From positions 1-41,312 of IMG/VR virus record IMGVR_UViG_3300020045_011804: 41,312 bases of DNA; one strand, 5' to 3'. The position numbers were made by a program, and so were the translations under genes. Numbering within the stretch: position 1 is the first letter of the stretch; the number at the start of each line of letters is the position of its first letter. Source of the DNA: a virus. Taxonomy: Duplodnaviria > Caudoviricetes. Of this stretch, positions 9,519-22,000 are shown in pieces. Under the pieces are notes generated by a model. That model ran no database searches. It was not told where the DNA came from and saw only the letters and a program-made list of their open reading frames with translations.

Positions 9519-10549
9519 TGGCATACAAGAATTTAATAGCATTATCCCTATCAAATTCGGCAGAAACATTCCGGCATTTCCGAGACTTTATTTGTCAGCG
9601 TAATGGAAGTGCTGCTGGATCTGCCGACTATTCTACACTTGGTATAGGTTGGACATTACATGAACAGTATTGTCAAGCCGGAGGTGTTGGTCATTATTAT
9701 GACAATACCAATGAAGGGACAACAACAGTAAATGATTATATTGTCATATATTCTGCTGGAGAAGATGGTGACAGAGACCTGTATTTTAAGCTAACTTATA
9801 CTGCTACCAGTTTTCAAATATTTGGGTATTTGTATTGGAACATAACTACACATACAGGAGTGCATCAATACGGAGCTTCAAGTTATTGGGGGAATACTGC
9901 AGCTACAAACAATATTTTATGGATTTATGGCAGTTTAGATCATTTTAGAGGTATATCAAAATATTCAACTACTTATTATTGTGGGTGTGGTGGTTGGATG
10001 CCTGGTTCTCTGGAAAGCACAGAAGTAACTGTCGCCGCTGGAACGATAACCGCAGGGAGTAGTGTTGTTGTAACCATGCCAGCAGTCCCGGCAGAATGGG
10101 TTATTGGGAAGTATTTGTTCGTAAGGGATACAGCGAATATTGAACGGGTATTAATCTCAAATATCTCTGGTAATGATGTGACGTTTGCAACGTTTGTTGC
10201 TTCGTATGCTGCCGGATCAAAATTTCAGCTGGAAATTACAAACTATCCTGGTTTCGATAATGGGAATGGCGCAGGTGCGATAACTATGCAAATCGGGCAT
10301 AGTGGAGCGAAAGCACAAGTGCATAGTCAAATTTTTCCTTCTATTTATCCTACAGGAGCCGACACAAGAACAGGATTATATCCTTGTTTTGAACTTTATC
10401 TCGGTAATGCTTATTCAAGAATGGGACCATTACCTGATATATATTACACTCAATCATTTGCATCAGAATCAACTCATACTATTGGAGCAGTTGGTTACAG
10501 ATATTTTCCAATATATTCTGGATATAATGTATTGATAAAAGAGGTATGA
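9518..10549 (+). CDS. Tail-associated protein
   Basis: Stop/start overlap; Gly/Tyr/Thr-rich beta composition. Confidence 0.6.
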   Translation: MAYKNLIALSLSNSAETFRHFRDFICQRNGSAAGSADYSTLGIGWTLHEQYCQAGGVGHYYDNTNEGTTTVNDYIVIYSAGEDGDRDLYFKLTYTATSFQIFGYLYWNITTHTGVHQYGASSYWGNTAATNNILWIYGSLDHFRGISKYSTTYYCGCGGWMPGSLESTEVTVAAGTITAGSSVVVTMPAVPAEWVIGKYLFVRDTANIERVLISNISGNDVTFATFVASYAAGSKFQLEITNYPGFDNGNGAGAITMQIGHSGAKAQVHSQIFPSIYPTGADTRTGLYPCFELYLGNAYSRMGPLPDIYYTQSFASESTHTIGAVGYRYFPIYSGYNVLIKEV

Positions 10550-10550
10550 T

Positions 10551-10838
10551 TTGTCTGCATTTTATGTTGTTCCATATATACCCCCAGCCTGGTGTTCTGG
10601 GAATACCTACGTGACGTGTGCAGGAACTGTCAGAGCTCCTCATGGCGCTGGCGTTGCGAGGAAGGTTGAAGTATTTCATGATACTTGCACTACACCTTTA
10701 AATTCGACAATATCTACTCTTCCACTTGGAACATTTACCATGCAAGTGCCAGGATTGCCTACTACAAAATTTACGGTAATTACTCATGGTGTTGATGGGG
10801 AAAACAGCGTAATCTATTCGCATTGTCAGGATATTTAA
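10551..10838 (+). CDS. Small tail-associated Ig-like protein
   Basis: TTG start with GAGGT RBS; GTV...ARKVEVF...GTF pattern. Confidence 0.55.
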   Translation: MSAFYVVPYIPPAWCSGNTYVTCAGTVRAPHGAGVARKVEVFHDTCTTPLNSTISTLPLGTFTMQVPGLPTTKFTVITHGVDGENSVIYSHCQDI

Positions 10839-10839
10839 C

Positions 10840-11511
10840 ATGTCATATACTCCACCAGATTTAAGCTCAATGGATATCATCATCGGCCCAGGTGATGTTA
10901 CCAGCCCATATTGTAGTTTGGTTGAGCCGATTAGCGAAATTGCTTCTGAGGCTACGACAACCATAATATGCTGGGGGTTACTCGTTGAACCTACAAATCA
11001 AATAGCATGCGAAGCTGTAACGGATATTATTTGTGCAGGAGCGCTAACAGAACAGCTTGCAGATATTGATTCTTATGTCCTTACATACGAACGACTCATT
11101 TGTAATTTGGTTGAGCCAAAATGTTCTTTAGTTGCTGAAGCAGTTACTACCAATATGATTACTGCAGCAATGACTGAGGATAGGGCAACTATTGCAGGAA
11201 CGGCGGTAACAACAGCTATTATCAATGGTAATTTACAAGAAGAAGTTTCGGAAGTATATGGGGAAATGTTTAATGTAAACACAATCACATGTGCATTAAC
11301 CGAATCATTACCAACAATGTCGTCTTTTGCTGTAACGACAGGGTATATTACTGGAAATCTTGTTGAACCAATAAGTGTCATGAACGCAGAGTTTGTAATA
11401 GACGAAGACGATGATGATTTGAAATTTAGACGGTTCTACTGTACCCCGACAAATTATATGTACGGAAATTTAGTTGAGCCGACAAGCACGTTAAGCTCTT
11501 CTGTTTCATAA
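10840..11511 (+). CDS. Fibre-like protein with ~21-aa repeats
   Basis: About nine (L/M)xE(P) repeats visible in the translation. Confidence 0.65.
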   Translation: MSYTPPDLSSMDIIIGPGDVTSPYCSLVEPISEIASEATTTIICWGLLVEPTNQIACEAVTDIICAGALTEQLADIDSYVLTYERLICNLVEPKCSLVAEAVTTNMITAAMTEDRATIAGTAVTTAIINGNLQEEVSEVYGEMFNVNTITCALTESLPTMSSFAVTTGYITGNLVEPISVMNAEFVIDEDDDDLKFRRFYCTPTNYMYGNLVEPTSTLSSSVS

Positions 11512-11520
11512 GGAGATATC

Positions 11521-12576
11521 ATGGGAACATATGTTGATCAGTTAGCTGTTGGCACAATCGAAATGCCGGCAGTCGTACCGCAGGCACCAGGGACTAATTT
11601 TGATGGTAATGTCAATCCGTCCTCTCCGTGGACAATAGTCAGCAATAGGTTTACTGAATCGTCAGACATAGCAACCGAATTTCTTGATCTTGTTACAGGG
11701 CCAGCAGGATACATGAGCGAACTGGCTGCAGTTGTTGATGAATTTCCTAAAACAGAAATCACAGATATAACGTATTCTGAGATATTGCCGGCAGATATTG
11801 AAGATGCGTTGGTGTGGTATGAAGCAGCGTTTAACGATACTCTATACAACACCATTCTTGCGAAACTGACGAACGATTTAATTAATGGTTCAACAGGTGT
11901 TGGTGGAACGATTGTTCAAGATATTTACGATAATGCTCTTGCTAGGCAGCTTATCGAAGAGGACAAACTTCAAGCTGAGATTGAGGAAAGACTTTCGTCA
12001 ACTGGATTTGATTTGCCTACTGGGGCACTTGCTTCAGCATTACAAGAGCACAGCAATGCGCGAGCAATGCGAACGCTTGACATGAATCAGAAGATCAGTA
12101 TAGATGAAGCAAACCTTGCACAGCAAAATAGCCAATTCGCAATAACCGCAAGCATCAATCTCGATACGATGATGCGTAATTTTGTCAATAGTGTGAATAG
12201 CAGGTCGCTTGAATATAAAAAAGCTGTAGCCGCACATATCATATCTTCGTATGAACTGTACTTGAAAGACGCTGGTAATGTCCTTCTCGCAAAAACATCA
12301 GCATCAGACATGTCAGTAAAAGGATATCAAGCAGAGTATGCGTTACGATCTGAGGTAGCAAAGGCTCTTGTAGCTGCTGCAATGCAGGCGTTCGCTTCTT
12401 CATTTGGTGCCGTTAGTACTAATGCAGGTATCCAGTATAGTGGTAGTGAATCTGTAAGTGAAAATTTTAGCCATAGCGAGAGTAAATCACATTCTACTGG
12501 TGTAAGCCTTAGTGGTAATGTGAGCGCTGGAGTTTCTAATACACTTCAAGAAAATCATGACTATAAAGAATCATGA
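11521..12576 (+). CDS. Probable internal virion/ejection protein
   Basis: Helical Ala/Gln-rich core; GFDLPTGAL motif; Ser-rich C-terminus; AGGAG RBS. Confidence 0.55.
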   Translation: MGTYVDQLAVGTIEMPAVVPQAPGTNFDGNVNPSSPWTIVSNRFTESSDIATEFLDLVTGPAGYMSELAAVVDEFPKTEITDITYSEILPADIEDALVWYEAAFNDTLYNTILAKLTNDLINGSTGVGGTIVQDIYDNALARQLIEEDKLQAEIEERLSSTGFDLPTGALASALQEHSNARAMRTLDMNQKISIDEANLAQQNSQFAITASINLDTMMRNFVNSVNSRSLEYKKAVAAHIISSYELYLKDAGNVLLAKTSASDMSVKGYQAEYALRSEVAKALVAAAMQAFASSFGAVSTNAGIQYSGSESVSENFSHSESKSHSTGVSLSGNVSAGVSNTLQENHDYKES

Positions 12577-14609
12577 TTATAAATAATAATTACATTCAGT
12601 CTATCAAGATAGTCCGAGGAGGTAACAAAAGCGCATGCGATAGTTTCATAAAGCTAGCGGCTAACCAACTCGCAATTCTTGAAAGACAGATGGAAATAAG
12701 TAACATAGCTATTCCAGGCAGCATACGCCAAGGGATTAGAAGGATATCGCCATTTGCTGGAGTATTTATTGAATGTGTGTCGAGCTTTGGAAATAAAGAA
12801 GTTCGCATCTACGTCGAGCCCCCTGCAGCAAGGCCTGTTATTGCAGTTCTTGAGCCTGATAGAAAACGCAAAAAGAAAGAAGATATTTTTGAAATATTTA
12901 TTTTTGCAAAAACTGTTAATGGCAACACCCTTACTGCAACAAGCAGAGAATTAGGGATGGAGGCGCTGAGTTTAAAAGATGGGACTTTCTTATTTCATAA
13001 TATCGAAGCCGATGCCTTAACTATTACTTTCCCAAAACTCACCACAGTTACAGGCTTTGCACAAGTACGGTATCAAAAATCATCAGTTGTTCACTATACC
13101 ACATCTAGTTATGGAGATTTGTTTGACGAAGGTAGGTATACATCGTTCGAAATAATCGGTGAGGGTGTGCCTGGGATAGAGTATTCTCCTGGAATAGAGA
13201 TAGGTTCTAGTACACCACCAGTCTATATGGGTGCGATTGGTAGTATCTCTCAAGATGAAGATGTTGTCTACATAGCTACAAACAAAAAGATAGACAATAC
13301 CGATCGAGAAATAGTTTTTGAGAAAAAAGAATTACTACCAGAACTTATTGGCGGTGGTGAAGTCCTCACGTGGCAAAATACTATAACTGAAGAAAGGAAT
13401 CTAAATACATTACTTGGCGTTTCTAATGTGAAACTTACTAGTTTTTGTGTGTCGAGAGATGGCAAACTTCAGACTATTCGAGGAATATCTGCAGCTAGCA
13501 CATTACCTCCACCATGTAATTCATATGGTGCAGGTGGCAGGATGCTAAGAGAAGGATCATACACACCAAGTGTATCTTCTTATTCTTTAACACATAGCTG
13601 GTTTTATGAAGATACAACTACACTTAAAGATTATGATATCAATATTGGTGGGTTGGCAAATGGAGAGTATACTAGAGGTAAGTTTATTGGAGTATTTAAT
13701 CCCTCTACTCCATCAGATTTTGTATCTGCTTATTTTAATCATCAAAGTGACTATGCTGGAGTATTATCATCCGCCCTTAAAAAACGTGTCGCGGAAAACT
13801 ATAGCCCTGTAATAACTTTACGTGAGGACGAAGAATATTACACTGGTGGGACAGTTTATAATTTAAATGTCGGAGAAACTCTAATACAACATTTCGGAAA
13901 AACAACATCTGGGCACTACTTATCGCAATATCAAGCTTCTGGAGTTGCAAATATTAGAGGCATAATGTCTCTGCAGTCAGGGACTATAGCAGCTGTTTTT
14001 AATGGTTCTGTAGGATATAATGTTGGTGGTTTGTACTCAGAACTTATAGAAAATGTAGTTGGGGATGATCCAGGACTCGACTGGAGTGGCGGTGGGAGTA
14101 TAGATATTTCGCTCGATTGTAGTGGAGGAGTTGCTTTTGATACCTCTACATTTCCTGATTTTGAGGAACTTGTTGGGTTTTTAAAAGATCCATCAGCAAC
14201 AGCTAGGGTATCCACGTATTATCGTTACCCAGGAATCCCTTATACAAGGTATACTTATCCACAACAAATAGTAATTAGGTATCCATTTTATGCGGACAGA
14301 GTCGTAAGCATTCTAAAATCTTTTACTGCCCATGATCAGGGAGAGAACATCACTATTTCAGGAGTAAAATATGTAACAAAACTTAACATGTCTCTTCCAA
14401 CCAGTGTATCAAACCCAATAACAACCCATTGGAAAATAATAATGTCTTCTCCAGAAGCTCAAGATGTAGATATTACTGAACAAGTCAGAAGAGCATTTAG
14501 CGTTCAGCGTGAAGATGGTACTTGGGATGACACAGAGTTTATGAGCGACTTTGCGCTTATCTATTTTTACGGATATAAGAAGACAACTGTAATAGAGGAA
14601 ATTAACTAA
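12573..14609 (+). CDS. Large virion-associated protein
   Basis: 678-aa ORF with ATGA overlap, in the structural module. Confidence 0.6.
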   Translation: MIINNNYIQSIKIVRGGNKSACDSFIKLAANQLAILERQMEISNIAIPGSIRQGIRRISPFAGVFIECVSSFGNKEVRIYVEPPAARPVIAVLEPDRKRKKKEDIFEIFIFAKTVNGNTLTATSRELGMEALSLKDGTFLFHNIEADALTITFPKLTTVTGFAQVRYQKSSVVHYTTSSYGDLFDEGRYTSFEIIGEGVPGIEYSPGIEIGSSTPPVYMGAIGSISQDEDVVYIATNKKIDNTDREIVFEKKELLPELIGGGEVLTWQNTITEERNLNTLLGVSNVKLTSFCVSRDGKLQTIRGISAASTLPPPCNSYGAGGRMLREGSYTPSVSSYSLTHSWFYEDTTTLKDYDINIGGLANGEYTRGKFIGVFNPSTPSDFVSAYFNHQSDYAGVLSSALKKRVAENYSPVITLREDEEYYTGGTVYNLNVGETLIQHFGKTTSGHYLSQYQASGVANIRGIMSLQSGTIAAVFNGSVGYNVGGLYSELIENVVGDDPGLDWSGGGSIDISLDCSGGVAFDTSTFPDFEELVGFLKDPSATARVSTYYRYPGIPYTRYTYPQQIVIRYPFYADRVVSILKSFTAHDQGENITISGVKYVTKLNMSLPTSVSNPITTHWKIIMSSPEAQDVDITEQVRRAFSVQREDGTWDDTEFMSDFALIYFYGYKKTTVIEEIN

Positions 14610-14610
14610 C

Positions 14611-15069
14611 ATGCAAACCATAAGGACAAATCTTAACAGTGCTGCATCTATTCCTTATACGAATCACACTTCTACTTCAATGTCTGTGTTTAATGGGGCA
14701 ATTCTTGGGGCTGGTCCAGATGGTATCAAAAAACTGGCTTGTGGTACTACTGATGGAGTAACTACAATTGAAGCATATATTAAAACTGGATCAAATACTT
14801 TAGGATGGATTGGTAAGAAAAAGAATAGATTTATTTATCTTGGAGTAGAAACATCAAGCACTATTAAAATTACTCCAGTAATTGATGGTGTTGATGGAAC
14901 TGCAGTAACATTTTCTCCTAGTGCTTCAGGTATGCAATATATGAAAATGTCAGTACCAAACGATAATATTGGTTATTACTGGGCATATAAAGTTGAAAAT
15001 GTTGATGGTTGCTGGTTTTCTATAAGTGAAGTTACTGTGTTACCAATTCATTTGAGTAAGAGAAAATAA
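14611..15069 (+). CDS. Tail-associated protein (similar to a nozzle C-terminal domain)
   Basis: IEAYIKTG...G..KK.RFIYLG...GYYW.YKVEN pattern. Confidence 0.5.
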   Translation: MQTIRTNLNSAASIPYTNHTSTSMSVFNGAILGAGPDGIKKLACGTTDGVTTIEAYIKTGSNTLGWIGKKKNRFIYLGVETSSTIKITPVIDGVDGTAVTFSPSASGMQYMKMSVPNDNIGYYWAYKVENVDGCWFSISEVTVLPIHLSKRK

Positions 15070-15092
15070 TAAAATTAATCTGTGGGGATGAT

Positions 15093-16085
15093 ATGGCACT
15101 TAATGAACTCCAAGCAATTGAAGATGAACGAAAACGTAAAGAAGCAGAATTTCAAAAAAATATGACTAGTAGTGTTTTGCCTGGAGTAAATAATTCAGTA
15201 CTTGAAACTAAGAAAATACTTCCTACACTTACTCAAGATGAAGTAATTGATCAACTGCAATTAAGGAAAATGGATTTAATAAATAATCCAAATATTGATA
15301 CACAAAGTAATCAAGTATCAGTAACTAATCGTGATAATGTTCTTAGATCATTGCCATTTCAACAAGAAAATAAAATTGTTCAGCCTACTAGTAATTGGAT
15401 TAAGAATGAAACTACTGGAGAAACATTTACCATTGCTGCTAATGGAAGTATTAATGGTGGACCTGTACCAAGTAAGTCTGAAGGTAGAATGGGAGGATAT
15501 AATCCTGATGGAACTAGCATAACTCCTTCAGGAAAACAAGGTGATCAAGATGCTTTAGGTAATACAGTTGGATCTGAACAGCAAAATCGTGTTTTGCAAA
15601 ATATGCAATGGAGAGAACGGCAAGGATTTAGAGAAGTTCCTGAAGTAGCAAAAGGTTTACTTCAGCGAGGAGATTTGCCTGGAATGAGTAAACAGGCTTT
15701 GAGAGAATATAATGATAGGATTCTTGCAAATATGGATCCAAATAAAAAAGAAGAAAATCGCATAAATGAGATGAATGTTAAGTCACAAAATAAGTTACGT
15801 GATATTCAAGGACAAGTTGCATTAGATCCTAGAATGAAAGAAAATGCATTAAAACCTATTGTAACTGAAGAAGCAGATCCAAATGATCCTACTGGTATGA
15901 GTAAAAGACAAGTTATTAATATGCCAAAAGCTGATGGCACTGGATATGTTAATAATCAATCTAATGTAAGTAATTCTCCACAAGTTAATTCGGCACAACG
16001 AGCTAAAATAAATGCTTATATTAAAGCTAATCCAAATGTTGATAAGGCAACTATTATGCAAAAGATATCCAAAGGAGAATTCTAA
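15093..16085 (+). CDS. Hydrophilic probable ejection protein
   Basis: N/Q-rich; stop overlaps the start of the giant ORF. Confidence 0.5.
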   Translation: MALNELQAIEDERKRKEAEFQKNMTSSVLPGVNNSVLETKKILPTLTQDEVIDQLQLRKMDLINNPNIDTQSNQVSVTNRDNVLRSLPFQQENKIVQPTSNWIKNETTGETFTIAANGSINGGPVPSKSEGRMGGYNPDGTSITPSGKQGDQDALGNTVGSEQQNRVLQNMQWRERQGFREVPEVAKGLLQRGDLPGMSKQALREYNDRILANMDPNKKEENRINEMNVKSQNKLRDIQGQVALDPRMKENALKPIVTEEADPNDPTGMSKRQVINMPKADGTGYVNNQSNVSNSPQVNSAQRAKINAYIKANPNVDKATIMQKISKGEF

Positions 16086-19000
16086 TGGATGAATTTGATA
16101 AAATGTTTGGAACACCTGAGGCTAATGAATCAGATGAATTCTCTAAAATGTTTGGAGAGGTTAATACTCCAATAAGTAATGCAACTATTCCTGATCGTAC
16201 TTTAGGATCAAATTTAAAGGATGTTGGAATATCTGTTGCCAAAGGTGTAATTGGTGCAGGTCAAGGAATTGTTGGGCTTGCTGATTTGCCAACTGGTGGT
16301 AGAGTTGGTCGTGGCCTAGAAACTATTGGTATAAAACCTAAAGAATGGCAGAAAGATTTATCTGAAGAATATTCGTTAGCACAACAAGCAGCTAATAAAA
16401 ATGTTGATTCTGCAAAAGGTTTTGTTAATACTGCTCAGGCAATGCTTGAAAATCCAAGTACTATTGCTCATAGTATTATTGAAACGTTACCTTCAGTTGC
16501 TGCTGGCGGAGTAATTGGTAGGGGTGCGCTTGCCGTTGGTAGCAAATTAGCTCCGCAAGCAATTACTGCATTAGGTAAAACTGGATCTGCTATTGCTGCT
16601 GGTGCTGTTGGTGAAGGTGCAATTGGTGCTGGCCAAACGGCAGAAGAGATTCGTGGAAATACTACAGACGGTTTATTGACAGCAGAACAAGCAGGCTTGG
16701 CAGCATTATCTGGAGTAGGTACAGCAGCTTTTGGTCTTGTCGGTGGTAGGTTAGCTAAGAAACTTGGCTTTGCTGATGTAGATACGATGATTGTATCTGG
16801 CTTGAATCCAGCCAAGAAGGAAGGTTTTAAAGGAGTTGCTAAATCCATCATTGGTGGTGGTATTACTGAAGGTGTATTTGAAGAACTGCCACAGACTGTT
16901 CAAGAAACTATATTCACCAATGCTGCACTTGATAAGCCATTGTTGGAAGGTGTTCCTGAAGGAGCAGCCAAGGCGATTATTCTTGGTGGAGCTATGGGTA
17001 GTGGAGCAAACTTGTTGCCTGGAACAAATGTTGGGCCTGTTAAAACTCCTGAAGAACTTGATATTGAAAACCGTGCAAATAATATGCTTGCACTTGATAA
17101 GGATCAACTTGCTACTGGGACTAAAAGACTTGCAGATGAATTACAAATAAATAAAGATTTGCTTGCTAATCCACTTAAACTTGATGAAAAAGCTCGTGCA
17201 GAAAATATTGATCCAAATGAATTAACTGCTAAGCTTGTATATGATAATAAGAAGAATCAAGCTTTGCTTGATAAAGTTAATGCAGAAGTCAAAGCTAAAG
17301 AAGAACTAACTAAGAAAAAAGATGCTGAAGAATATGCTAAGTTGTCTCCTGAAGAAAAAGTAATCAAGGATGTTGAGAATAAACTAATTGTTCAGCGTGA
17401 AACTGAAGCATTAAAAATCAATAAAAGACTTGATGAAATTGATAGGATAGAAACGATTTTTGGTAAGGCTTATTCGAAAGAAGCTGATCCTGAAAAGAAA
17501 AAACAAATGGCAGATAGAGTCTTTAGTCTGCGTAAAGAAAAGAATGTTCTTCTAGATAAACAGAAGCAAGAACAACAAATTGATAATGAAATTAAAGCTT
17601 TTGATAAACAAATTGCAGAAGCTAAAAAACAATATAAAGAGGAAAAGGATCTTAAAAAGAAAGAAGATATTCTTGCAAATGTATTTGAGTTAAGTAAAAA
17701 TCGTAATGATTTATTAGTGCAGAAAACTCCACAAGGAGCTAAAGAATTTGCACCTTATACAACTCGTGAAGAACGTCAAAAAGCTTTAGAAGAAACTCTT
17801 GGCACTGCCAATAGATACTTTCCTTCTGATAAAACTGCTGCTGAATCTGCGCAAGTTATTGAAAGTGAAATAGTTCCAAAAACACTTGCTGATTATGCAA
17901 ATCAAATAATTAATGCTAAAGCAAATCAACGAGCAGATCAAAGAGAAGTTGCAAGAACTCCTGAGCAGGAACGTAACTTAAGGCAGATTGAAGATTATGT
18001 GAATTATGTCCAAACTTATATCAATGATAGATTTACGCCGGAAGAAAGATCTGTTATTGAAAATTATTGGCAAGGTGTTAAAAAAGAATTAGCACTTCGT
18101 AATGAAGAAATGACTCCAGGAACTGAAGCATTTATGCGGAAGAAGTTCTTTGAGACTAAGCTGAATGAAATTGAAGGAAATGTTAAGCAGGATACTAATG
18201 TAAATAATGATGTTACTAAAAATGTTGTACCTTCTTTAGCTGAGCAGTATAAACGACAGGCGTGGTTTCAACAAATTGCAAAAGATCTTGGTGATTTGCC
18301 TGTAACTAATAGTCAAGATGTTCAAACTGAAATTCCTAGGAACTTACCTGGAGGTATCAGAAGTGCGTTCACAGGTGAACCTACTGTGGAACAGTTTGAT
18401 GCATTGGAAGAAGATAACTCGGCAAACGCATGGTACTCTGCACTTGAACAAGCAGTTACTGGTTTTCAACAAAAGCAAGCAACTCCTGATCAATGGAAAG
18501 GAATGATCAAGAACTATCCTGGAATTAAGCAGGAAGAACTTGATTGGATTGGATTGAATGAATGGCTTGACAAGCAGAATGGGAAAGTTAGTAAAGATTC
18601 TTTGATGAATTTTATTCAAGAGAATAATGTTCAGTTGGAAGAAGTTATACTTGGTGATACGGCAGATTTAAATTCTCGTAAAGGAAAAATAAAAGCATTA
18701 ACAGATATTTATAGTCCTCAAGAATTTGATTTTTTTAATTCAATGACTGATTCTGAATTAGATGCAGAAATTGAAAAAGAAGGTATTGATTATGATGTAA
18801 AAGAAACACAATATGAAAATATGGCACTTCCTGGAGGAAAGAATTATAAAGAAATTGTATTGACTTTGCCCACAAAAGAAAAGCAACTATCTGAAGAAGA
18901 TATGGCAATTGCTTTTTTAAAATCAAAAAATATTCCTTTTGATATAAATGAAGATGATGTAGTAGAATTAGCAGCAGAAAATTATGATGACTATTTTGAT

Positions 19001-22000
19001 AGTAGTTTTAATCCTTATGGTGGTAATAGTTATATACATGATCATTGGCCAAACATTATCAATCCTATAGCTCACATTCGATTTGATGAACGAACTGATG
19101 CTCAAGGAAATAAAGTTCTTTTCATTAATGAAATTCAAAGTGATTGGCATCAAGAAGGAAAGATGCAGGGTTATGCTACAACTGAACAATATGATAAAAT
19201 AAAAGCTTTTGCTGCCGAATATGGAATAACAATCAGAACTGGACCAAAAGAAGAATTGCCAGTAAAGGAACAAGTCCTTTTAAAAAGAGCTGCAGAAAAT
19301 ACTATCGGTTTAGATTTAATAACTGATATGATTGATGCACATAAAGCTGAAATACAGTATGCTATTCCAGACGCACCATTCAAAAAATCTTGGGACTTGC
19401 TTACTATGAAGCGAATGGTCAGATATGCTGCTGAAAATGGTTTTGATAAAATTGCATGGTCAAGTACTCCTGAACAAGTAGCACAGATTGAGAATTGGGG
19501 ACCAATAGAAACTCGGCAAACTGAGCTAGGAACTTCTTATTTCATTCATGGAAATAAGAATGTTTCTTCTATAGTTCATCGGTATATTACTGATTTACCA
19601 AGAATGCTGAATAATGAGTTTAATAAAGGTAAGTGGGGAAATGCGAAGGTTGAGCAAACTGATGTAGGATTGCAAAAAGATGGTAAAGTTACTAAAGAAG
19701 AAGCACTTAAAGCCTATGATAATGATGAAATGGTTTTTCTTGGTACTGAAGTTACTGGGATTAGATCTGAAATTATCCAATATCAAGGTAATGATATAAC
19801 AATAGTAATGCCTGATAAAGTTTTATCCTTACCAATCACTGAGAGAATGAAAGCTAAAGCTCTCAATGAAGGTATGCCAATGTTTGAATTGTCAAACGGC
19901 CAAACTTATAATCCATCAGCAACTACTAAGCAGGAAACAAATCTTGGAAACATCTTATCTCAAGTAAAAGAAGCAGAAGGACTTACTGGTCAGCTTGGTA
20001 AATTTCTTAGTGACTTCATTCCTGAATCTAAGCTTGATATCAAAGTTGTAATTGATCCATCAACTAAGAGTGCAAAGTATGTTGGAGGAAATGTAAATAC
20101 CATAACTCTACGAGATCCATCACAGCTTAATACTTCTTTGCACGAACTAACTCATGCAGTAACTGCAAGAGAAATGAAAGCGAATCCAGAGATAACTGCT
20201 CAAGTTAAGTTATTGATGGAGCGTGTAAAACTCAAAGCTGCTAAAGAAGCATTATTAACTCCAGCTCAAATAAGTTTACTTGAAACACAGAATACTAGTC
20301 GAGGATATAAGGAGAACATCTCCGGAAATCTTAGATTTGAAAATGTTGCCTACGGATTGCTGAATGAGAATGAATTTTTAGCTCAGGCAATGGGAAATGC
20401 ACAATTTCAAGAATTGCTTAAATCAACTACAATTGCAGACAAGGGAGTTATGAGAAATGCCTGGGATGCTTTTGTAGAGTTAGTGATGAAAGCACTTGGA
20501 ATTAAAGACGTTAATAAGAATGCATTTGGAGAGACTTTAAGCATCATAGCTAAGTTGGCTCAGCAAGAGAATGTTGATCAAACTGGCCAGATGGTTAATG
20601 AAGAATTAGCAATCGAACAGCGTTTACCTCAATCTGAGTATGATGCAGTCTATGCAGAAAAGAATAATAGATTAAGTGAATTTGTTCAAAATGCTGGAAT
20701 AAAATATCATGAAATAAAGTTACTTGCTGATAAAGCATTTGGAGCAATTTCCACACGACTTAAGAATGTTGATCCAGAGCTTTCAGAGCACTTGAGATGG
20801 CTAGACTTCAAGACTAGTCAGAAAATAATTGATGTTCTGCGAACTGCAAAGCCGTTGCTTGAAGTAACTAAGATCATGTCACCAGTTGATAAGAGTGAAT
20901 GGAATTGGGCCAGACTTAATTCGGATACAGGAAAGATTGAACGGATTGAAAGTAAGTATGGTTTGACAGATCAGGTAAAATTACTTCGAGAGAAGCTTGA
21001 TCAAATTAGACTTGATGCAATTGAAGTTGGTTACGATGTAGGTTTTATTGAAGACTATTGGCCACGTGTTATCAAAGATACTGAAGGCTTCTTGCAGGCA
21101 ACTCAAGGAATATCACAGCGGGCTGAATTTACTGAAGCCATCAGAGATAAAGCAAAAGAACTGGGAATAACCCAAAAGCAGTTTGAACGTGAATATCCTG
21201 AGTTAAAAGCAGATATTATTAGCAACATGATACTTGGTAGGTATTATGGAATTGGTGGTCCAGGAAATATTAAGGCTCGTGTATTTGAAAACATACCTCC
21301 AGAATATGCAAAATTCTATATGGATGCAGACGCGTCATTGATGCAATACGTTTATAGTATGACCAAAAAAATTGAGGCTAGGCGATTCTTTGGTAAAGTA
21401 CCTGAAAGGATTAGTAACCTCAAATCTGATAGGAATCGAAAACAGGCAGAACTTGAAAAATTCAAGCAGCTTGCAGAAATGGCTCGTGCCGACAATCCAG
21501 AAGCCTTTGCAGATTATCAAGAACGCATTACTCAGCTTAATGAAGACCTGGTGAGGATTGAAGAACCATTGAATGTATATAAACATCAAAACGATTACAC
21601 TGAGAATATTGGTGCCTATATTGATGAGATGCGAACGACTGGACGGATTCAGCCTAAGGATGAAAAGACAGTTAAAGATATTCTCATGGCAAGATTTAAC
21701 GAGCAAGGAACTCATGGAGTAGTAAATACATTCAAAAACGCAGCGTATATTGATGTTATGGCGAATCCGATATCTGCAATAACTCAGCTAGGTGATCTTG
21801 CTTGGGCTATGTACGTAGGTAAGGTGTGGACACCGAGTGGATTCTTGGGAACTGGAAAGAACTTACTCAAGGCAATTTCTGGATCATTTGATGCTACGAA
21901 AGATCGTTTTGGTAAATCCGAAGTAACTAAGGAAGATTTGGGATTTGAAAGAATTGCTCAAGAATTTGCCGACGGAACTACGCTTGGTAAGGCAGTTAGT

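Noticed and set aside
2165-21715. Numerous short antisense or off-frame ORFs nested in the structural genes
   Set aside because: No motif evidence; explained as shadows of long + strand genes.
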